Below, in pieces: positions 28,135-37,061 of a DNA stretch of 64,000 bases. The position numbers and the translations under genes were made by a program. Source of the stretch: Candidatus Marinacidobacterium sp. (GTDB lineage: Bacteria; Acidobacteriota; Vicinamibacteria; Marinacidobacterales; Marinacidobacteraceae); assembly GCA_965204755.1 (NCBI GenBank), contig OZ242011.1:128001-192000 (forward strand). Direction: 5' to 3'. How positions within the stretch are numbered: the stretch's first letter is position 1; every line of letters begins with the position of its first letter. A model generated the notes under the pieces. It searched no databases, was not told the origin of the DNA, and saw nothing but the letters and a program-made list of their open reading frames with translations.

Positions 28135-29472
28135 TCAGCCGGCGTCTTCGCCGGGGGCGACCCGGAGGATCAGCCCGTCCACTTCGAGCACCCGGACGCG
28201 CTCCCCCTCCGAGACCGGTTCGGCCGCGGTGGCGTCCCAGTACTCGCCGCGCAGGAAGACGGTGCCTTCCCCGCCCGGGGAGATGCCGGTGCGGGCGGTC
28301 GCGGTCTGGCCGATCATCCCCTCCCGGCCGGTCACGGTGGGCGCGCGCTGCGCCCGGACGACCATCCGCCCGAGCAGGACGACGACCACCGCGAAGAGCA
28401 GTACCGAGGGAACGACGAATCCGTAGGTCACTTCGAGGGCCGGCGTGGGCAGCGACTGCTCCTCGAAGAAGAAGAACAGCCCGACCACCAGGGCGGCCGC
28501 GCCGGAAGCCCCCATTATGCCGAAGGAGGGCGTCAGGGCTTCCGCGGTCAGCAGGCCCAGCCCGGCCAGCAGCAGGAGCACGCCGAGCGCGCTCACCGGG
28601 AGCAGGTTCAGCCCGAACCCGGCGAGCAGCAGCGCGATGCCGCCCAGGATGCCCGGGAACAGCAGGCCCGGGTTCGAGAACTCCAGGTAGAGGCCGAGGA
28701 GCCCGATCATCCCCAGGAGGACGGCCAGGTTCGGGTTCGCGATCACCGAGAGCACCCGGTCCCGGAGGGTGAGTTCCGTGGAGACCACCGGGGCGCCGGC
28801 GGTCCGGAGCACCGCTTCCCCGCCGTCCGCGCGCGCGACCGCCCGGCCGTCGAGCGCCTCGAGGAACTCGGCCTCGCTCGCGGCCACGAGATCGATGAGC
28901 CCGCCTTCGAGGGCTTCGGAGGCGGTCCAACTGCGCGCCTCGGTGACTCCCTGTTCGGCGAGTTCGATGTCCCGGCCGCGCCGCTCGGCGATGGAACGGA
29001 GGTACGCGGCGGCGTCCGACTCCACCTTGCGGCTCAGCGTCTCCGGCATCTCCCCGCCGGTCCCGGCGACCGGGGTGGCCGCGCCCATGTTCGTCCCCGG
29101 CGCCATGCCGGAGATGTCGGCGGAGAGGGTGATCAGGTAGCCGGCGGAAGCGGCGCGCGACCCCGAGGGGCCGACGAATACCGCGACCGGGACTTCGCTG
29201 TTCAGGATCGCCTCGATGATCTCCCGCATGGCGGTGTCGAGGCCGCCCGGCGTGTCCAGCCGCAGGAGCACCAGCCCGGCCTCCGCCTCGGCGGCGCGTT
29301 CGATGGTCTCGACCACCCGCCCGGCGGAGACCGAATGGATGATGTCCACCACCTCCACCCGATAGACCGGCGCGGGCGGGTCGAGGGCCGCCGCCCCGGT
29401 CGCGGCGGAGGCGGCCGCCGCGGCCCCCGCCCCGGCGGCCAGCAGCAGCGGGAACGCGGCCCGGGCGGTCAC
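28135..29472 (-). CDS. nfeD: Long-form NfeD membrane serine protease (ClpP class)
   Basis: LDTPGG, RAASAG and MAPGTNMGAATPV, a TM region, and a C-terminal OB fold (GEYW.A). Canonical partner of the adjacent slipin. Confidence 0.92.
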   Translation of the reverse strand: MTARAAFPLLLAAGAGAAAAASAATGAAALDPPAPVYRVEVVDIIHSVSAGRVVETIERAAEAEAGLVLLRLDTPGGLDTAMREIIEAILNSEVPVAVFVGPSGSRAASAGYLITLSADISGMAPGTNMGAATPVAGTGGEMPETLSRKVESDAAAYLRSIAERRGRDIELAEQGVTEARSWTASEALEGGLIDLVAASEAEFLEALDGRAVARADGGEAVLRTAGAPVVSTELTLRDRVLSVIANPNLAVLLGMIGLLGLYLEFSNPGLLFPGILGGIALLLAGFGLNLLPVSALGVLLLLAGLGLLTAEALTPSFGIMGASGAAALVVGLFFFFEEQSLPTPALEVTYGFVVPSVLLFAVVVVLLGRMVVRAQRAPTVTGREGMIGQTATARTGISPGGEGTVFLRGEYWDATAAEPVSEGERVRVLEVDGLILRVAPGEDAG

Positions 29473-29951
29473 CGGAGACCCCGGTCGTGGATCGTTCGAA
29501 GTTCGAGGACCTCGAGTTCCCGCTCCCCCGCCGGGGTGCGGACGCTGACTTCGTCCCCGACCCGGGAGCCCATGAGCGCCTGCCCGATGGGGGAGCCGGT
29601 GGAGACCCGGCCCCGGGCGGCGTCCGCCTCCTCGCTGACCACGAGTTCGTAGGTGATCTTCTTCTCGTCGTCGGAGGAGAGGTCGAGGACCACCACCTCG
29701 CTGCCGAGCGAAGCGCGGTCGGCGGGGATGTTGTCCAGGTTGAGCATGGACAGGTCGGCGAGCCGCTTCTTGAGTTGGGCGAGCCGGACCGCCACATACC
29801 CCTGCCGCTCCTTCGCCGCTTCGTACTCGGCGTTCTCGGAGAGGTCGCCGTGCTCGCGGGCCTCCTTGATCTGGCGCGGGAGGTGGATGTGGAGTTCTTC
29901 TTCGAGTTCGCGGACTTCGGCTTCGAGGCGGGAGCGGAAGGAAAGGGTCAC
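29469..29951 (-). CDS. greA: Transcription elongation factor GreA
   Basis: AREHGDLSENAEYEAAKERQ and VSTGSPIGQALMG. Confidence 0.93.
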   Translation of the reverse strand: MTLSFRSRLEAEVRELEEELHIHLPRQIKEAREHGDLSENAEYEAAKERQGYVAVRLAQLKKRLADLSMLNLDNIPADRASLGSEVVVLDLSSDDEKKITYELVVSEEADAARGRVSTGSPIGQALMGSRVGDEVSVRTPAGERELEVLELRTIHDRGLR

Positions 29952-30244
29952 GGAGTCGGGCGGGGAGTCGGTTGGGGACCGGAGCGGGCGCCGGCGGGTC
30001 GCCGGTTCGGGAAACGGGAAGGCGGAACGAAGGAGCCGGCGCCCTCGGAGCGCCGGCGGGCGCGCCGCGCGGCGGAGGCGGTCGACGGACGGCGAACGGC
30101 GGAGGCCGACCCCGGCCGAGCCCGAAAGCGCCGGCGGGTCGGGCTCTCCGGAGCCGGCGTCGGCCTCCTCGCGGTCACCCCCCGTCAGCCCCCGCGCCGG
30201 CTGGCGGAACGACCGCCGAACCGCCCGCCGGGCGAGCGGATTTC

Positions 30245-30253
30245 AGCATAGCA
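30245..30253 (-). promoter_or_regulatory. Extended -10 element (TG-c-TATGCT), putative greA promoter
   Basis: Motif read directly, about 290 nt upstream of the greA start. Confidence 0.35.
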
Positions 30254-30295
30254 GCCTGCGGGGAGGGAACCCCGCCGGGAAAACGAACGAGGACT

Positions 30296-31060
30296 TCATG
30301 CCTCCGGTCGAGACGGGGATGAAGGGGCGCTCTTTCCACCGGCGGACAGCACCGCCGCCCGGCGCTCCCTCGCCGCGTCCGAGAACCACGAGTCCAGGAA
30401 CAGTTCCCGCGTTTCCCGGCGGCGGGAGGCAGCGGCGCGGAGCGCGTCGGCGCGGAGTTCGCGTTTCGTATGGGCGAACGCCTCGCGCGGTCGTTCGCCG
30501 AGTTCCTCCGCCCGCTCCGAAGCGGCCCCCAGCAGGGACTCCGGCGGCGCGAGTTCGTGGAGGAACCCGTTCTCGACGGCTTCCGCCGGCCCGGTGAGCC
30601 GGCCCCGCAGCAGGACTTCCGGCCGGCGCTGCGGCGGCACCGCGGCGCGGACGATCTCGAAGGCCGCCGCCGGGAACACGACGCCCAGGGACACCTCCGA
30701 CACTCCGACGCGGTAGTCGCCCTCCGCGCCGATCCGCACATCGGCGGCGGCGGCCAGGATCGCCCCGCCCGCCACCGCGTGCCCGTTCACCGCGGCGACC
30801 ACCGGGAGCGGGAAGGCGAACAGCCGCAGCAGGAGCGCCTCGAAGGCGTCCACGAACTCCCCCATCTCCTCGCGGGACTCGGGAAGACCGACGAGATCGA
30901 GCCCGGCGGAGAAGAACCGCCCGCTCCCGGTGAGCACGAGCGGCCGCGCCTCGGCTTCGGCGCGGTCGAGATGGCCGCCGAGCGCGGCGAGGAGCGCCCC
31001 GTCTATGGCGTTCGCCCGCCCGTGCTCCAGGCGGGCGACCAGGGCGCGCGGCGCGGACAC
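30296..31060 (-). CDS. Enoyl-CoA hydratase/isomerase family protein
   Basis: ANAID, FFSAGLDL and PVVAAVNGHAVAGG...D.R...EV.LG. Confidence 0.9.
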   Translation of the reverse strand: MSAPRALVARLEHGRANAIDGALLAALGGHLDRAEAEARPLVLTGSGRFFSAGLDLVGLPESREEMGEFVDAFEALLLRLFAFPLPVVAAVNGHAVAGGAILAAAADVRIGAEGDYRVGVSEVSLGVVFPAAAFEIVRAAVPPQRRPEVLLRGRLTGPAEAVENGFLHELAPPESLLGAASERAEELGERPREAFAHTKRELRADALRAAASRRRETRELFLDSWFSDAARERRAAVLSAGGKSAPSSPSRPEA

Positions 31061-31165
31061 GGCGACCTCGGCCCCGGCGCCGCCGCCGATCCCGCGCCCG
31101 GCGGCCGCGCTGTCCCGGGCCCGCCGCGCGGTCAGGAAGCGCCGGTCAGCGAGAAGGGAGCGCCG

Positions 31166-31807
31166 TCACGGAAGCGCGGCGAGCGCCTCCATGAGCGGTT
31201 CGTAGTCCTCCCGGATCCGGTAGTCGTAGTTCACATACCGGAGCACGCCTTCCCGGTCGATGACGAAGGTCGCGCGGGAGGCGTAGCGGACGCCGTCGAT
31301 CTCGAGCGGCTCGACGCCGTAGGCGTCCACCGCCTGCGAGTTGCCGTCGGAGAGCAGCACCAGCCCGGGGAGTTCACCGGGGGCCGCCGGCTCCACCATC
31401 ATGCCGGACTCGGCGCCCACGCTCTTCAACCAGTTCCACTGGGAGAACGGCGTGTCCACGCTGATGCCGAAGACTTGGGTGTCCGCATCCAGAAACTTCC
31501 GGATGTCGTCCTTGTAGGACGAAAACTGGAGCGTTCAACCGCCGGTCCAGTCCGCCACATAGAACGCCAGGACGATGTTCTTCTGTCCCAGCACCTCGGA
31601 GAGCGCGATCTTCCGATCGCCGGCGCGTTCGCCGGCGGTGGAGGGGAGCGCCGCCGGGAAGGCCGGCGCCCGGTCCCCGACCTTCAACTTCTCGGCGGTC
31701 TTCATCGCCTCGGGCGGGGGCTCAGTACCGGCGGCCGCCCCCGAGGCGGCGAGAGCCGGCCCGCCGGCCAGGAGGCCGGTGAGCAGGAGGGCGGAGCGTG
31801 TTCGCAC
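31166..31807 (-). CDS. Exported peroxiredoxin (AhpC/TSA) with in-frame TGA at the catalytic position, probable selenoprotein
   Basis: Two same-frame ORFs join across TGA 31537-31535: LKVGDRAPAF...IVLAFYVADWTGG-U-TLQ...VFGISVDT...LLSD...YGV...RATFVIDREG. Confidence 0.88.
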
Positions 31808-31930
31808 GGGCGACCCCTTTCGGAAACAACGACTGTCGGGAAACGGACGACGAGTGTACCGCCGCCGGGGGGTCGGGTTCCCCCGCTGCCGCCGGACTCG
31901 CGGGGCGGGCCGCGGCGCCGGCGGCGGGTG

Positions 31931-33169
31931 TCAGGGGGCGTCCGGCGCCAGCCGGCCGTACTTCCGGAGCGCCTCGCGGAGGCGGTCGTGGGGGAGGCCG
32001 TACACCTTCCGGCCGTTGACGCCCACCATGTCCCGCCCGGCGACGAGGGAGTTCACCACGGCTTCTTCGGTGGACTGGATGACCGCCTCGAAGAAGGGGT
32101 CGAGGTGGCGGTGGGCCAGCATCTCGAGCGGGGCGACGCCGCTCGAGGAGTGCGTGGCCTCCTCGTTCGCGGTGGAGAAGGCGACGAAGATGTCCCCGGA
32201 GCCGTTCATGGAAATGCTCCCGAGCCGGCCGAGGGCGAGCGAAGTGCGGCGGACGAAGCGGTCGAGTTGGTTGGGGAGCAGGGGAGCGTCGGTCGCCGCC
32301 ACGATGATGATCGAGCCGTCGCGACCGGCCCCGCCGTTGTCGCCCCCGCCGGCGTCGGCCCCGCCGCTGCCGTCCCCGCCGCCCTCGTTCGGCGCTTCGG
32401 GGAGGAGGTCCGGGATTTCCCGGCCCACGGGCGCGCCGGCGACCCGCATCTGCGGCCGGCGTCCGAAGTTCGACTGCACCAGGACGCCGACCGTGTAGTC
32501 CTTCCCGTCCGCCTCCACCACCCGCGAGGAGGTGCCGATCCCCGCCTTGAACTGGAAGGTGCGCATCCCGGTGCCGCCGCCGACCGACCCCTCGGCCACC
32601 GGGCCGGAGGCGGCGGAGTCCAGCGCGGCGAACACATGCTCCCGGCGCACATGGAACCCGTTCACATCGTTCAGGAAGCCGTCCCAGGTCTCCGCCACCA
32701 GCGGCAGGCTCCAGTCGCGGGAGTCGAGGTTCTCCTGCGCCCAGGCGATCGTCGCCTCGTGCACCGCCCCCACGCTGTGGGTGTTCGTGATCATCACCGC
32801 CCCTTCGAGCAGGCCGCGGTCCCGGAGCCAGGTGGTGCCGGTCATCTCGCCGTTGCCGTTCAGCGTGAACCACGCGGCGAAGACCCGGCCGCGGCTCGTC
32901 CGGCCCCGCGGCAGGATCGCGGTGACTCCGGTGCGCACCGGGCCCTCCCCCACCCGGAGCGGCCCGTCGCCGCGGATGATGGTGTGGTGGCCGACCTCGA
33001 CGCCGGGCACATCGGTGATCGCGTTCAGCGGCCCGGGCGTCCCGTCGAAGGGGACGCCGAGATCCCGGGCTCGGGGGCCGGCCTCCTGGGCCGAGGCCGC
33101 GCCGAGCGGGGCGAGGCCGGCGGCGAGCAGGAGCGCGGCGGCGCGGCAAGGAAGCGGGTGTCTTTCCAC
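31931..33169 (-). CDS. dmpA: DmpA/P1 (S58) family aminopeptidase with signal peptide
   Basis: NAITDVPGVEVGH, RTGVTAILP, NGNGEMTG, TNTHSVG, EG.VGGGTGM and DG|SIII autoprocessing site. GAGGAGG RBS before GTG 33169. Confidence 0.88.
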   Translation of the reverse strand: MERHPLPCRAAALLLAAGLAPLGAASAQEAGPRARDLGVPFDGTPGPLNAITDVPGVEVGHHTIIRGDGPLRVGEGPVRTGVTAILPRGRTSRGRVFAAWFTLNGNGEMTGTTWLRDRGLLEGAVMITNTHSVGAVHEATIAWAQENLDSRDWSLPLVAETWDGFLNDVNGFHVRREHVFAALDSAASGPVAEGSVGGGTGMRTFQFKAGIGTSSRVVEADGKDYTVGVLVQSNFGRRPQMRVAGAPVGREIPDLLPEAPNEGGGDGSGGADAGGGDNGGAGRDGSIIIVAATDAPLLPNQLDRFVRRTSLALGRLGSISMNGSGDIFVAFSTANEEATHSSSGVAPLEMLAHRHLDPFFEAVIQSTEEAVVNSLVAGRDMVGVNGRKVYGLPHDRLREALRKYGRLAPDAP

Positions 33170-33213
33170 GGTGGATCGTCCTCCTCGGGGCAAGCGTACG
33201 GGAAGGCGCCGCG

Positions 33214-34332
33214 TCAGCGGCGCGAAGCGGGCGGCGGCTCGCCGGGCGCGCCCCGGAACAGCGATCCGGCGGGCGCCGGCGGCCGGAAGAGGTCGCCCCG
33301 GAGCGCCGGCGGCGGCCCGGCGAGATCGAACCGCCTCGCGGCGAGGCGGAACCTCCGGGCGAGGAGGTCGGCGTAGGGCCCCTGCCCCCGCATCCGCTCG
33401 CCGAACTCGGAGCGGTAGTCCGCGCCGCCGCGGGTCTCCCGGACCAGGCGCCGGACATGCTCCGCCTTCGCGGGGTAATGCTCCTCCAGCCACTCGGAGA
33501 AGAGGTCGGCGAGTTCGAGCGGGAGGCGGAGCAGGATGTAGCCGGCCCAGCCGGCGCCGGCGGCGGCGGCGGACTCCAGGATCCGCTCGAGTTCCGAGTC
33601 GTTGAGCGCCGGGATCATCGGCGACGCCAGGACGCCCACCGGGACGCCGGCGCTGCGGAGCGCCCGGATCGTGGCCAGCCGGCGCTCCGGGGCGGCGGCG
33701 CGGGGCTCCATGTCGCGGGCCAACTTCCGGTCGAGGGTGGTGAGGGACACCATGACCGCGGCGAGACCCTCCTCCGCCATGGGCGCGATGAGGTCGAGGT
33801 CGCGCAGCACCAGCGCCGACTTGGTGACGATCCCCAGCGGGTGGCGGGCCTCCTTCAGCACCGCGACCACCGACCGGGTGATCTTCCACTCCCGCTCCAC
33901 CGGCTGGTAGGGGTCGGTGTTCGACCCGAGCGCGATCGGCGCCGGCCGGTAGCCGCGCTTTCCCAGTTCCGCCCGCAGCAGTTCCGCGGCCTTCGGCTTG
34001 GCCATGATCCGGGTTTCGAAGTCGAGCCCGGGGGAGAACCCCAGGTAGGCGTGCGAGGGGCGGGCGAAACAGTAGATGCAGCCGTGTTCGCAGCCCCGGT
34101 AGGGGTTGATCGAACGGTCGAACGGGACATCCGGCGAGTCGTTCCGGGCGATGATCGTCTTCGTGTGATCGGGAAGGACCTCGGTCGGGACGCGCCCGGG
34201 GACCTCGTCGAGCGAACCCCAACCGTCGTCGAACGCCTCTTCCCGCAGTCTCTCGAACCGCCCGGCCGGGTTCGAGACCGCCCCCCTTCCCCGCTTGGGA
34301 GAAGCGCCGCCGGGCGCGGTCGGTTTCGGCAT
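33214..34332 (-). CDS. PA0069-family radical SAM protein
   Basis: RGRGA..NP.GRF, NPYRGCEHGCIYCFARP (CxxxCxxC), NTDPYQP.E and RMRG.GP. Start at ATG 34332. Confidence 0.92.
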   Translation of the reverse strand: MPKPTAPGGASPKRGRGAVSNPAGRFERLREEAFDDGWGSLDEVPGRVPTEVLPDHTKTIIARNDSPDVPFDRSINPYRGCEHGCIYCFARPSHAYLGFSPGLDFETRIMAKPKAAELLRAELGKRGYRPAPIALGSNTDPYQPVEREWKITRSVVAVLKEARHPLGIVTKSALVLRDLDLIAPMAEEGLAAVMVSLTTLDRKLARDMEPRAAAPERRLATIRALRSAGVPVGVLASPMIPALNDSELERILESAAAAGAGWAGYILLRLPLELADLFSEWLEEHYPAKAEHVRRLVRETRGGADYRSEFGERMRGQGPYADLLARRFRLAARRFDLAGPPPALRGDLFRPPAPAGSLFRGAPGEPPPASRR

Positions 34333-34340
34333 GGTTCGGG

Positions 34341-37052
34341 CTACCCGCCGGGCTCGATTTCGACCTGCCAGAGCGTTCCCTCGCCGGGATTGAACTGACC
34401 GGTGGTCAGGCGGCGGATCCCGTAGTCGGGCACCGTAATCAGGAGCAGGCACTGTCCGTCGAGGACGACGCCGTGGTTCGAGAACGGGAAGTGGAGGTCT
34501 TCGAACCCCTCTTCCCTCCGGCGGGGCGGCAGGGACTCGATTTTCGAGGGGTGGAGGTCGAGGAAGAAGTCGGCCTCGACATCCTCTTCGCGGCAGTCCT
34601 CGCGGTGGTAGAGCAGGCGGCGTCCGTCCCGGTAGAGGTCGAAGGTCCCGCGGGCGGCAGGAGGCCCCGCCCGCCCGGAGACGATGGCGTCGAGCGCCGA
34701 GCGGTGCCGCTCGAAGTCCACCCGCGCGACGCCGGTCCAGGACGCCGGCTCCCCCGCCACCCATTGCCCGGTGCGGACGCTGGCGATGCGCCGGTCCGGC
34801 AGGGAAACCGACGCCAGGCAGGCGCCGCCCCGGACGACGCCCATTCCATCGAACGCGAAGTCCCGGTTCTCGAAGTCCCGCCGGGCGCCTTGGCCGACGC
34901 GGTCGTGGTCGAAGAGGTGCAGCAGGAAACCGGCCCTCACATCCTCCGGAGCGCAGGGCTCCCGGTAATACAGCAGTTCCCTCCCCCGAAGGTAGAGGTC
35001 GAAGGGGCCGCGGAGCGCCGGCGGACCGATCTCACCGGAACGGATGGCCCGAAGCGCCGCCGCGTAGTGGACGAGGTCGAGACGCCACTGCGCCTCCCAC
35101 AGGGGCGGCGCCCCGGGGCGCCACTGGCCGGTGGTCACCAGGTCGAAGTCCCCGGGCGGCACGGGGACCCGCGCCACGCACTTCCCGTCCGCCAGCACGC
35201 CGTACTCGGGGAAATCGAAGTCCCGGTTGACGGTGCGCCGACCGGCCGCGCCCGCTGCCCGGAAGTGCAGGAAGAACCTGGCCTCGAGGTCCTCCGCCGA
35301 GCAGGCCGCCCGCCGGTAGTACAGGAAGTCTTCCCGATGATGCAGTTCGAAGAAGGAAACCGCCGCCGGCTCCTCCCCCCGCTCGTCGAAGGCGGATTCG
35401 TACTCCGCGAGCCGATTCCGGTTCTCCGCGGCGGCGACTTCGCCCAAGTTGGGAACCAGAAAGAGGCTTTGGCGCCCGGAAACCACGCGTTCCACCCGCA
35501 GGGCCGGGTTCGAGGCGCGAAACGAACTCGACACGCCGCCACCCCCATGGATCACCCAGGCGCGGTCGGGCGCCCGGATCCGGGACCGGACGATCGCCAG
35601 CGCTTCCCGCGCGCAGTCGGTGAATCCGCGGAAACAGCCGTTCCTCCCGAAGACGAAGCCCTCCGGCCGATCCCGCAGGTAGAACCGGACCGGCGGCGTC
35701 GCCACTCCCGAGACATAGACCAGGTCCCCCTCCCTCGCCCGCCCGGCCAGTTCCGCCAGGACCGCCTCGGCGTTGCCCCCGAGCCCGAACGGCGCCGTTC
35801 GCGCGACTTCCGCCGCTCCGGCCCAAACGCCCCCGGCGAGCGCCGCCGCCGTGAGCCGGCCGGCCACCGGTTTCCGGAGGGCCGCGGCGGCGGCATCGGC
35901 GACCCGGCCCCAGACCACCGCCGCCGCGACGAACACCACCGGCCCCAGATAGGCGCCCTGGCGGAGAGGCCCCAGCGGATACGCCCCCGCGAGCGCCGCC
36001 GCCGCCGCGATGAGCAGCGAAACCCCGAACAGGGCAAGCAAAACCCGCCCGGCGAGATCCGGAGGCCGGTCCGCCGCCGGCGCCGGAGGGCGCGAAGCGA
36101 GCCTTCGCGCGAGGACGGAAGCAACGAGAAGCGCGGCAGCCAGCGCGGTGGCCGAGGTGAAAGGCCCCGTCAGGTGGTGGGCCAGCGTCTCCCAAACCTT
36201 CGACGCGGCGAACTCCATCGCCGCGAGGACATCCGACCGATCGCCGCGGTAATAGCCCGTCGACAGATGCTCCATCGTGAGGGACGCGTCCTCGAGTTGG
36301 CCGCGAAGGGTGGCGAACCAACTCCCGGCGCAGGCCGCGGCGTACGCCGCCGCAGCGGGAACCAGCCGGAGCCGCGCGCGAAGCGCGGCGCGAAAGCCTC
36401 CGCGTCGGGGTGGAGGAACCGTCGGCGACCGGGGGTGGCCGGCACCGCCCCCGAACAGGAACGCCGCGGCGAGGACCGCCCCGCCGAACAGGACGAGGCC
36501 GTACTGGACGAACGGGCCCAGGAACAGGGCCAGCGGCAACAGCGCCTTCCCCCCGCCCCCGAGATGCCGCAGCAACCCCACGATCACCAGCGCGGCGACC
36601 AGCGCGTCCAGCGAGTACTCGCGGACGCCGTGCGCCTCCGCGACGGCGGCGGCGGAAACCGCGGCCAGCGCCCCCGCGAACAGCGCCGTCCGCCGCCCCG
36701 CCCCGGCGCCCGGCAGGAGGAAGAGCAGCACCGCCACCGTCGCCGCGCTCCCGAGCGCCGGCAGGAGCCGGACGCTGAAGTTGGAGATCTCGACCTTCTG
36801 CACCACCCAGAGCGCCAGCGGATACAGGATCGGCGAAGTGTTGTAGGCCCGGGTCCGATCGACGGTCTCCGCGAACGACCCTTGGGAGTTCAGCGCCGCG
36901 ACCGCTTCGTCGTACCAGAGCGAATCCCCGGAGAGGTCGTAGAACCGGAGCGCCGCCGCCACGAACAGCACGACCACGGCGACGGCGGCGTATCGCCGGC
37001 CGCGAGGCGGCGCCGCGCCGCGGCCGGCTCGCGCGGTCGCCATCATCGGCAA
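34341..37052 (-). CDS. GT-C glycosyltransferase 'E' with 3 two-Cys modules (mosaic of A-like and F-like parts)
   Basis: SLWYDEA core is near-identical to 2579..5731. The last two modules closely match those of 37062..39617. The start may be ATG 37046. Confidence 0.8.
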   Translation of the reverse strand: MPMMATARAGRGAAPPRGRRYAAVAVVVLFVAAALRFYDLSGDSLWYDEAVAALNSQGSFAETVDRTRAYNTSPILYPLALWVVQKVEISNFSVRLLPALGSAATVAVLLFLLPGAGAGRRTALFAGALAAVSAAAVAEAHGVREYSLDALVAALVIVGLLRHLGGGGKALLPLALFLGPFVQYGLVLFGGAVLAAAFLFGGGAGHPRSPTVPPPRRGGFRAALRARLRLVPAAAAYAAACAGSWFATLRGQLEDASLTMEHLSTGYYRGDRSDVLAAMEFAASKVWETLAHHLTGPFTSATALAAALLVASVLARRLASRPPAPAADRPPDLAGRVLLALFGVSLLIAAAAALAGAYPLGPLRQGAYLGPVVFVAAAVVWGRVADAAAAALRKPVAGRLTAAALAGGVWAGAAEVARTAPFGLGGNAEAVLAELAGRAREGDLVYVSGVATPPVRFYLRDRPEGFVFGRNGCFRGFTDCAREALAIVRSRIRAPDRAWVIHGGGGVSSSFRASNPALRVERVVSGRQSLFLVPNLGEVAAAENRNRLAEYESAFDERGEEPAAVSFFELHHREDFLYYRRAACSAEDLEARFFLHFRAAGAAGRRTVNRDFDFPEYGVLADGKCVARVPVPPGDFDLVTTGQWRPGAPPLWEAQWRLDLVHYAAALRAIRSGEIGPPALRGPFDLYLRGRELLYYREPCAPEDVRAGFLLHLFDHDRVGQGARRDFENRDFAFDGMGVVRGGACLASVSLPDRRIASVRTGQWVAGEPASWTGVARVDFERHRSALDAIVSGRAGPPAARGTFDLYRDGRRLLYHREDCREEDVEADFFLDLHPSKIESLPPRRREEGFEDLHFPFSNHGVVLDGQCLLLITVPDYGIRRLTTGQFNPGEGTLWQVEIEPGG
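34351..35061. repeat. Direct repeat encoding two modules, copy 1 (copy 2 at about 37072-37782)
   Basis: Manual alignment is colinear over about 700 bp with roughly 90% identity by eye. Confidence 0.9.
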
Positions 37053-37061
37053 GTTCCCGAC

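Noticed and set aside
31166-31807. Two separate small genes or a nonsense pseudogene
   Set aside because: The stop is TGA exactly at the catalytic residue, both halves are intact and in frame, and a hairpin follows. Sec recoding is more parsimonious.
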